This document shows positions 55,255-64,000 of a stretch of DNA of 64,000 nt, one piece after another. Positions within the stretch are counted from its first letter, which is position 1. Every line of letters starts with the position of its first letter. The translations under genes were made by a program, and so were the position numbers. The DNA is from Eledone cirrhosa. Lineage: Eukaryota. Location: NCBI GenBank assembly GCA_964016885.1, contig OZ024742.1, positions 23,870,001 to 23,934,000 of the forward strand, given 5' to 3'. A model generated the notes under the pieces. The model was not told the origin of the DNA. It saw only the letters and a program-made list of their open reading frames with translations, and searched no databases.

Positions 55255-57512
55255 TTAATAACTGCTTTTATTGTTACTGTTGTTGTTGTTGTAGTTATTG
55301 TGGTCCTTGTTGTTATCTTAGTAACTGCTTTTATAGTTGTTGTTGTTGTTATAGTTATTGTGGTCCTTGTTGTTATCTTAGTAACTGCTTTTATTGTTGC
55401 TGTTGTTGTAGTTATTGTGGTCTTTGTTGTTATCTTAGTAACTGCTTTTATTGTTGCTGTTGTTGTAGTTATTGTGGTCCTTGTTGTTATCTTAGTAACT
55501 GCTTTTATAGTTGTTGTTGTTGTTATAGTTATTGTGGTCCTTGTTGTTATCTTAGTAACTGCTTTTATTGTTGCTGTTGTTGTTGTTGTTGTAGTTATTG
55601 TGGTCCTTGTTGTTATCTTAGTAACTGCTTTTATTGTTGTTGTTGTTGTAGTTATTGTGGTCCTTGTTGTTATCTTAGTAACTGCTTTTATTGTTGTTGT
55701 TGTTGTAGTTATTGTGGTCCTTGTTTTTATCTTAGTAACTGCTTTTATTGTTGCTGTTGTTGTAGTTATTGTGGTCCTTGTTGTTATCTTAGTAACTGCT
55801 TTTATTGTTGCTGTTGTTGTAGTTATTGTGGTCCTTGTCGTTATCTTATTAACTACTTTTATTGTTGTTGTTGTTGTAGTTATTGTGGTCCTTGATGTTA
55901 TCTTAGTAACTGCTTTTATTGTTGCTGTTCTTGTTGTTGTAGTTATTGTGGTCCTTGTTGTTATCTTAGTAACTGCTTTTATTGTTGCTGTTGTTGTAGT
56001 TATTGTGGTCCTTGTCGTTATCTTATTAACTACTTTTATTGTTGTTGTTGTTGTAGTTATTGTGGTCCTTGATGTTATCTTAGTAACTGCTTTTATTGTT
56101 GCTGTTCTTGTTGTTGTAGTTATTGTGGTCCTTGTTGTTATCTTAGTAACTACTTTTATTGTTGTTGTTGTTGTTGTTGTTGTAGTTATTGTGGTCCTTG
56201 TTGTTATCTTAGTAACTACTTTTATTGTTGTTGTTGTTGTAGTTATTGTGGTCCTTGTTGTTATCTTAGTAACTACTTTTATTGTTGCTGTTGTTGTTAT
56301 AGTTATTGTGGTCCTTGTTGTTATCTTAGTAACTGCTTTTATTGTTGCTGTTGTTGTAGTTATTGTGGTCCTTGTTGTTATCTTAGTAACTGCTTTTATT
56401 GTTGTTGCTGTTGTAGTTATTGTGGTCCTTGTTGTTATCTTAGTAACTGCTTTTATTGTTGCTGTTGTTGTTGTTACTGTGGTCCTTGTTGTCATCTTAG
56501 TAACTGCTTTTATTGTTGCTGTTGTTGTAGTTATTGTGGTCCTTGTTGTTAGCTTAGTAACTGATTTTATTGTTGATGTTGTTGTTGTTGTTGTTGTTGT
56601 AGTTATTGTGGTCCTTGTTGTTATCTTAGTAACTGCTTTTATTTTTGCTGTTGTTGTAGTTATTGTGGTCCTTGTTGTCATCTTACTAACTGCTTTTCTT
56701 GTTGCTCTTGTTGTAGTTATTGTGGTCCTTGTTGTTATCTTAGTAACTGCTTTTATTGTTGCTGTTGTTGTTGTTGTTGTTGTTGTAGTTATTGTGGTCC
56801 TTGTTGTTATCTTAGTAACTGCTTTTATTGTTGTTGTTGTTGTAGTTATTGTGGTCCTTGTTGTTATCTTAGTAACTGCTTTTATTGTTGTTGTTGTAGT
56901 TATTGTGGTCCTTGTTGTTATCGTAGTAACTGCTTTTATTGTTGCTCTTGTTGTAGTTATAGTTATTGTGGTCCTTGTTGTTATCTTAGTAACTGCTTTT
57001 ATTGTTGTTGTTGTTGTAGTTATTGTGGTCCTTGTTGTTATCTTAGTAACTGCTTTTATTGTTACTGTTGTAGTTATTGTGGTATTTGTTGTTATCTTAG
57101 TAACTGCTTTTATTGTTACTGTTGTTGTTGTTGTAGCTATTGTGGTCCTTGTTGTTATCTTAGTAACTGCTTTTATTGATACTGTTGTTGTTGTTGTAGT
57201 TATTGTAGTTATTGTGGTCCTTGTTGTTATCTTAGTAACTGCTTTTATTGTTACTGTTGTTGTAGTTATTGTGGTCCTTGTTGTTATCTTAGTAACTGCT
57301 TTTATTGTTGCTGTTGTTGTTGTTGTAGTTATTGTGGTCCTTGTTGTTATCTTAGTAACTGCTTTTATTGTTACTGTTGTTGTTATTGTAGTTATTGTGG
57401 TCCTTGTTGTTATCTTAGTAACTGCTTTTATTGTTGCTGTTGTTGTTGTTGTAGATATTGTGGTCCTTGTTGTTATCTTAGTTACTGCTTTTATTGTTGC
57501 TGTTGTTGTTGT
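55255..57512. repeat. About 57-bp minisatellite AGTTATTGTGGTCCTTGTTGTTATCTTAGTAACTGCTTTTATT(GTT)n, about 38 copies
   Basis: Constant core with variable (GTT)n length. Confidence 0.97.
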
Positions 57513-57917
57513 GGAACACAATCTTTAATTCTCACTTTCATACATATTAATTTATATTATATATAAAGCATATATTTCTTATCGCAAGAAACTACCTGAA
57601 ATCTCTAGAGCTGTCAATGTTTGGAATATGATTTTATATATGTATGAGTGTATAATAAGTTAACTTCTCAATCAGGAGGTAGTAATATGTGGTATCTTGG
57701 GTAAGTATTTTTACCCTAGATTTGGGTCGATCCAGCTTTATATAAGCAGGTCAAATGGATTGTATCTGTTCAATCTATGGTTGGATCTTGTTATAGATTG
57801 TGTCATGTTGATTCTGCTTTGGAATTGTTTAACAGTAACCATCTGTAGGATATTCAGTCAAACATGTAGGCGGTTTAACTGAATGTTAGTTGAAGGATCC
57901 ATCATACATATATATTC

Positions 57918-57979
<62 letters not shown>

Positions 57980-58108
57980 ATAATAACTATGAAGACCAAA
58001 ATCCGTAGAGAGCTTGATAAGGACTGTATATGTTTATGTAAAAAGTATATATAAACCTGTAGAGCAAATATTTGTTATTAGTACAGATTAAAGTTTTAAC
58101 TAATAATA

Positions 58109-58166
<58 letters not shown>

Positions 58167-58394
58167 TGCCTTTTGGAATATCCATACTCTTTTATATTTT
58201 TCTTCTATACGTAGAGAACAAAACGTTGTATCGCTGCTATTTTTAGCGGTATGATCAACAAGTTTATAATATCCCGTTTTTACTCATGGACTATTTTTGT
58301 GTGTGAGTCACTTTAACGGCTTTACCGCATGCCACGGGCAGGAAGTGAAATATTAAATTACTATGAGGATTTATACACTTATCGTGTGGAAATG

Positions 58395-58474
58395 GCTGTC
58401 TGAAGATCTAATTCTTTCCATTGGAAATTCTCTGGATTTCCAATATTTTGATTAGTGAAACCGTGGGTAACGGC
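58395..58474 (+). ncRNA. Type I hammerhead ribozyme
   Basis: GCUGU-CUGAAGA-uCUAAU...AUUGGAAAU-loop-AUUUCCAAU...AUUAGu-GAAACC-GUG-GGUA-ACGGC; intact core, 3-bp stem III, predicted cleavage after 58,469; lies in a ~400-bp segment between two (TA)n tracts. Confidence 0.82.
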
Positions 58475-58563
58475 AATAGAAGAGGTGAATATTTAAATCG
58501 TTTTTTAATTTATTTAAAAGATTGTTTGATGATTACTTGTGCCGCTCATTTTTATATGTGCAC

Positions 58564-58635
<72 letters not shown>

Positions 58636-58767
58636 CAGAGAGAAACAGAAATAAACCGAGAGTGAGAGAAAGAGATTTGGAACACTATATCCATGTGTGT
58701 CAAGAGAGATGACTATATTGGCACCAAGGGAAAATCATCTTGCCTTAGAACACAACCTTATATATGT

Positions 58768-61605
58768 CCACAGCACCACCACCTCAACCACCACAACCAC
58801 CACCACCATCAACAACACAACCAACACCAACAGCAGTAACAGCACCAACACCACAACCACCAGCACCATCAACAACACCACCAACACCAATAGAAGCAAC
58901 AGCACCAACACCACAACCACCACCACCATCATCAACACCACCAACACCAACAGCAGTAACAGCACCAACACCACAACCACCAGCACCATCAACAACACCA
59001 CCAACACCAATAGAAGCAACAGCACCACCACCACAACCACCACCACCATCAACAACACAACCAACACCAACAGCAGTAACAGCACCAACACCACAACCAC
59101 CAGCACCACCATCATCAACACCACCAACATCAACAGAAGCAACAGCACCACCACCACAACCACCACCACCATCAACAACACCGCCAACACCAACAGCAGC
59201 AACAGCACAACCACCACCACCACCACCACCATCAACAACACCACCACCAACATCAACAGAAGCAACAGCACAACCACCACAACCACCACCACCATCAACA
59301 ACACCACCAACATCAACAGAAGCAACAGCACAACCACTACAACCACCACCACCACCATCAACACCACCACCACCACACCACCACCACCATCAACAACACC
59401 ACCACCACCACACCCCCACCACCATCAACAACACCACCAACACCAACAGCAGCAACAGCACCACCACCACAACCACCACCACCATCATCAACACCACCAA
59501 CACCAACAGCAGCAACAGCACAACCACCACAACCACCACCACCACCATCAACAACACCACCAACACCAACAGCACAACCACCTCAACCACCACAACCACC
59601 ACCACCATCAACAACACCACCACCAGCAACAGCAGCAACAGCACAACCACCACAACCACCACCACCATCAACAACACCACCAACACCAACAGCACAACCA
59701 CCTCAACCACCACAACAACACCACCATCAACAACACCGCCAACACCAACAGCAGCAACAGCACAACCACCACAACCACCACCACCATCAACAACACCACC
59801 AACACCAACAGCAGCAACATCACAACCACCACCACCATCAACAACACCACCAACATCAACAGAAGCAACAGCACCACCACCACAACCACCACCACCATCA
59901 ACACCACCACCAACACCAACAGCACCACCACCACAACCACCACCACCATCATCAACAACACCACCAACACCAACAGCAGCAACATCACAACCACCACAAC
60001 CACCACCACCATCAACAACACCACCAACACCAACAGCACCACCACCACAACCACCACAACAACACCACCATCAACAACACCACCAACACCAACAGCAGCA
60101 ACATCACGACCACCACAACCACCACCACCATCAACAACACCACCAACACCAACAGCACCACCACCTCAACCACCACAACAACACCACCATCAACAACACC
60201 ACCAACACCAACAGCAGCAACATCACAACCACCACAACCACCACCACCATCAACACCACCACCAACACCAACAGCACCACCACCACAACCACCACCACCA
60301 TCATCAACAGCACCACCAACACCAACAGCAGCAACATCACAACCACCACAACCACCACCAAAATCAACACCACCACCAACACCAACAGCACCACCACCAC
60401 AACCACCACCACCATCATCAACAACACCACCAACACCAACAGCAGCAACATCACAACCACCACAACCACCACCACCATCAACACCACCACCAACACCAAC
60501 AGCACCACCACCACAACCACCACCACCATCATCAACAACACCACCAACACCAACAGCAGCAACATCACAACCACCACAACCACCACCAAAATCAACACCA
60601 CCACCAACACCAACAGCACCACCACCACAACCACCACCACCACCATCAACAACACCACCAACACTAACAGCAGCAACAGCACCACCACCACAACCACCAC
60701 CACCATCAACAACAGCACCAACACCAACAGAGCAACAGCACAACCACCACAACCACCACCACCATCAACAACAGCACCAACACCAACAGAAGCAACAGCA
60801 CCACCACCACAACCACCACCACCACCATCAACAACACCACCACCAGCAACAGCAGCAACAGCACAACCACCACAACCACCACCACCATCAACAACACCAC
60901 CAACTCTAACAGCAGCAGCAGCACCACCACCACAACCACCACCACCATCAACAACAGCACCAACACCAACAGAAGCAACAGCACCACCACCACAACCACC
61001 ACCACCATCACCACCACCACCACCAGCAACAGCACCAACAGCACAACCACCACAACTACCACCACCATCATCAACACCACCAACACCAACAGAAGCAACA
61101 GCACCACCAACACAACCTCCACAACTACCACCACCATCAACAACACCACCATCATCAACACCACCAATACCAACAGAAGCAACAGCACAACAACCACAAC
61201 CAGCACAACCACCACCACCATCAACAACACCACCACCAGCAACAGAAGCAACAGCACCACCACCACCACCACCATCAACAACACCACCACCAACAACAAC
61301 AGCAGCAACAGCACAACCACCACAACCACCTCCGCCATCAACAACACCACCAACACCAACAGCAGCAACAGCACAACCACCTCAACCACTCACCGCCATC
61401 ATCAACAACAACACCACCAGCAAAAGCAACAGCACCACCACCTCCACCAACAACACCACCACCAGCAAAAGCAGCAACAGCACAACCACCACAACCACCA
61501 CAACCACCACCACCATCAACAACACCACCAATACCACCACCAACAACACCACCACCATGAACGACAACACCACGACCAACAACAATAACAACACCAACCA
61601 CAACG
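58768..61605. repeat. Compound (CAC/CAA/CAG)n repeat with about 60-bp higher-order units
   Basis: Direct reading; frameshifts between T/N-, P/T- and H/Q-rich frames. Confidence 0.95.
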
Positions 61606-61829
61606 AGACACATTGAACTCAACATAAAGTAGAGAAACAATCTCCCCCTCCACCTCCTTATTCCATCCTCCCCACCATCACCCTCCTATCTTCTGTTCTC
61701 ACAAAACTCTTTAACATCACAGGAAGTAAACCAGTTAAATTAAATAACAACAGTTTTAAATAGGAGAATTAGATATAATGTATGATATCGAAGAGGGGAG
61801 GAGTACATGTGACTGGGTATCGGGGTGTG

Positions 61830-61866
<37 letters not shown>

Positions 61867-61874
61867 GTTTATAG

Positions 61875-61914
<40 letters not shown>

Positions 61915-62170
61915 TTATATATATGTAAGTATGCATGTACACGTACATACATATATGTATACAGACGTACAGTAGCATGCACATATATGTATATATATAC
62001 ATATATACATACATATGCATACAGGTACACATACATATATGCACGTATCAGTTTAGCGGCGCTTATTATAACGTCGCTTTGTTCGTTTGTAAACAAACTG
62101 AACAGCCTGAATTTATGCCATACGGTGTTAAGGCAACCGCGTCACCTTTTTGTTCAACACTGACACAGGA

Positions 62171-62213
62171 ACGATGTACTAGTTTCAAGCTTGTTAGCTA
62201 TCATCAGCACCGT
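62171..62213 (-). ncRNA. Type I hammerhead ribozyme (retrozyme subfamily B)
   Basis: Minus strand ACGGUG-CUGAUGA-uAGCU-aaca-AGCUu-GAAAC-UA-GUA-CAUCGU; stem I extends over 62,152-62,238. Confidence 0.9.
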
Positions 62214-62287
62214 TTACCCATCTGCCAGATAGTTGAACGTTCGAAAGTATATACTTTCCTTATGAAAATTAACGGCTGAGCAGCCTA

Positions 62288-62295
62288 ATTTGCAT
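62288..62295 (-). promoter_or_regulatory. Octamer motif ATGCAAAT
   Basis: Exact match at the homologous position of the diverged unit. Confidence 0.4.
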
Positions 62296-62526
62296 ATTGA
62301 GTGAGTTAAATCGGTCAGGCATACCGAAAACGATAAATTGAAACAAAATGAAAACGAAATTTCATTTCTCACTCTTAGTATGGCACTTACTTAAATGTAA
62401 GTATGCATGTATACGTACATACATACTTACATTTAAGTAAGTGCCATACTAAGAGTGAGAAATGAAATTTCGTTTTCATTTTGTTTCAATTTATTTATAT
62501 ATATATATTCATATATATATATATAT

Positions 62527-63340
62527 AAATTGAAGGATAAGTGTTTCAAACTTTATTTTATCATGAGTCTATAGATTTTCCCTGGATTTTACTAAATTCT
62601 GTGGATGAATTTATATCCTGATTCTCTTTTGAGATGAGTTTGAGTTATTTTTCCTAAATCTTTCGTTAACTACTTTTCCCATCTTGACGTTATAGTCGCA
62701 TATATGTTATAGAATGCCGTTAGTTTCTTGCTAAAACAATCTCTATACCTCTCATTTATATTTATACTCGGATTCTTTTCCTAGAGTGCTTAAACTATAT
62801 GTGACTAATCCCGGTTTTTTTCATAAAAACTGTGATAATATTGCTATTTTGCTGAACTCCTTTGTAGAGTTTTTTTCAGAATGTATTTGACTGCTATTTC
62901 TTGTAAATAAACATTCACTTCCATCCTGACGTCACTAGCCCCGTTTTTTCCTCATGTGCTTTTTCATAAATACACATGAAGGCGAACTAGCCAGTTTTAG
63001 AATTCCCTTTTTCGGATTATATTACTGTGAGAGCCCTGGTTTTCTGTTGAGCTCTGCTGATGATTGAAATTCCAACCGTGACCATCTCCACTGAAAGTTT
63101 TCATGAAATAGTCTTTTAAAACTATACAGAGCATTTGATGTTATTCCAAATTGAAGGATAAGTGTTTCAAACTTTATTTTATCATGAGTTAAAGGTCTAT
63201 AGATTTTCCCTGGATTTTACTAAATTCTGTGGATGAATTTATATCCTGATTCTCTTTTGAGATGAGTTTGAGTTATTTTTCCTAAATCTTTCGTTAACTA
63301 CTTTTCCCATCTTGACGTTATAGTCGCATATATGTTATAG
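62527..63340. repeat. 621-bp segment with direct duplication of its first ~186 bp; possibly decayed L1-type ORF2 3' region on the minus strand
   Basis: 62,527-62,712 equals 63,148-63,340 apart from a 7-nt indel; minus-strand LKRESGYKFIHRI only weakly resembles the L1 zf-RVT region. Confidence 0.6.
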
Positions 63341-63421
63341 TACTAAGAGTGGGAAATGAAATATCGTTTCATTTTTTCCGTTTATCGTTTTCGGTGCACC
63401 CGGCCGATTAACCCACTCGAT

Positions 63422-63429
63422 ATGCAAAT
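63422..63429 (+). promoter_or_regulatory. Octamer motif ATGCAAAT (repeated at 63,844-63,851)
   Basis: Exact match about 70 nt upstream of the hammerhead core, conserved in both subfamilies; function inferred. Confidence 0.4.
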
Positions 63430-63495
63430 TGGGCTACTCAGCCGTTAATATGCATAAGGTAAGTATATACGTTCAACAATCTGGCAGGAAGGTAT

Positions 63496-63538
63496 ACGTT
63501 GCTGACGATAGCTAACAAGCTTGAAACTAGTACAGCGT
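63496..63538 (+). ncRNA. Type I hammerhead ribozyme (retrozyme unit 1)
   Basis: ACGUUG-CUGACGA-uAGCU-aaca-AGCUu-GAAAC-UA-GUA-CAGCGU; palindromic stem III ACUAGU; stem I extends GUUCAACA/UGUUGAAC (63,471-63,557); predicted cleavage after 63,532. Confidence 0.92.
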
Positions 63539-63917
63539 TCCTTTGTCAGTGTTGAACAAACGAGCAACGGTGGTTGCTAGACACTACGGCTTAATACGGG
63601 ATGTTTGTTTACAAACACACCGAGCATTATAATAAATGTTCGGTGAATCCATACGTGCATATATATATGTGTGCATGTATGTATATATATATATACATAC
63701 TACTGTACGTCGGTATACATATATGTATGTACGTGTACATACTTATATTTAAGTAACAGCCGTACTAAGAGTGGGAAATGAAATATCGTTTCATTTTTTC
63801 CGTTTATCGTTTTCGGTGCACCCGGCCGATTAACCCACTCGATATGCAAATTGGGCTACTCAGCCGTTAATATGCATAAGGTAAGTATATACGTTCAACA
63901 ATCTGGCAGGAAGGTAT

Positions 63918-63960
63918 ACGTTGCTGACGATAGCTAACAAGCTTGAAACTAGTACAGCGT
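63918..63960 (+). ncRNA. Type I hammerhead ribozyme (retrozyme unit 2)
   Basis: Identical to unit 1, offset 422 nt; predicted cleavage after 63,954. Confidence 0.92.
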
Positions 63961-64000
63961 TCCTTTGTCAGTGTTGAACAAACGAGCAACGGTGGTTGCT

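Larger units (their letters stand above)
61923..62494 (-). mobile_element. Retrozyme-like element, subfamily B: slightly more than one 472-bp unit plus a 73-bp 5' fold-back
   Basis: Diverged reverse complement of the 422-bp unit at 63,341; terminal direct repeat ATGTAAGTATGCATGTAYACGTACATACATA at 61,923 and 62,395; flanked by (TA)n. Confidence 0.8.
63341..64000 (+). mobile_element. Retrozyme-like tandem array, subfamily A: 422-bp units, runs off the right edge
   Basis: TACTAAGAGTGGGAAATG at 63,341 and 63,763; the 238-bp overlap appears identical; one hammerhead per unit. Confidence 0.88.

Noticed and set aside
57660-57720. Minus-strand CTGATTGA...CAAAC and a TTACCCAAGAT motif shared with 53,032
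   Set aside because: Too degenerate to call a ribozyme; shared motif is only 11 bp.
58363-58400. Second overlapping HHR-like motif ATGAGGA...GAAATGGCTGTC
   Set aside because: C3 missing and no stem I pairing.
58697-61616. Mucin/extensin-like 656- and 950-aa ORFs
   Set aside because: Trinucleotide-derived repeat; amino-acid composition switches at frameshifts, so no frame is conserved.
63057-63072. CTGATGA-TT-GAAAT
   Set aside because: No room for stem II and no stems I or III; chance match.

Overview
AT-rich, repeat-dominated eukaryotic DNA. The SINE families and microsatellite load look cephalopod (Octopus-like), which is an inference. No intact protein-coding gene is supportable; the long ORFs are stop-free frames of tandem repeats. 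1-26.8 kb is a ~1,000-copy 26-bp purine-rich satellite with kilobase-scale higher-order structure, ending in a strand inversion. The rest holds microsatellites, minisatellites (92, 22, 24, 17, 57 bp), tRNA-derived SINEs and fragments of CRE-, RTE- and L1/Tx1-type LINEs. The main signal is at least eight type I hammerhead ribozyme (HHR) motifs, read by eye, between 28.7 and 64 kb. Three belong to a retrozyme-like family: identical 422-bp tandem units at the window end plus a diverged inverted copy with compensatory stem changes and a conserved octamer. The other five sit near (TA)n tracts in Penelope-like termini, two inside long fold-back palindromes. Most have a non-canonical U.U at the base of stem II.
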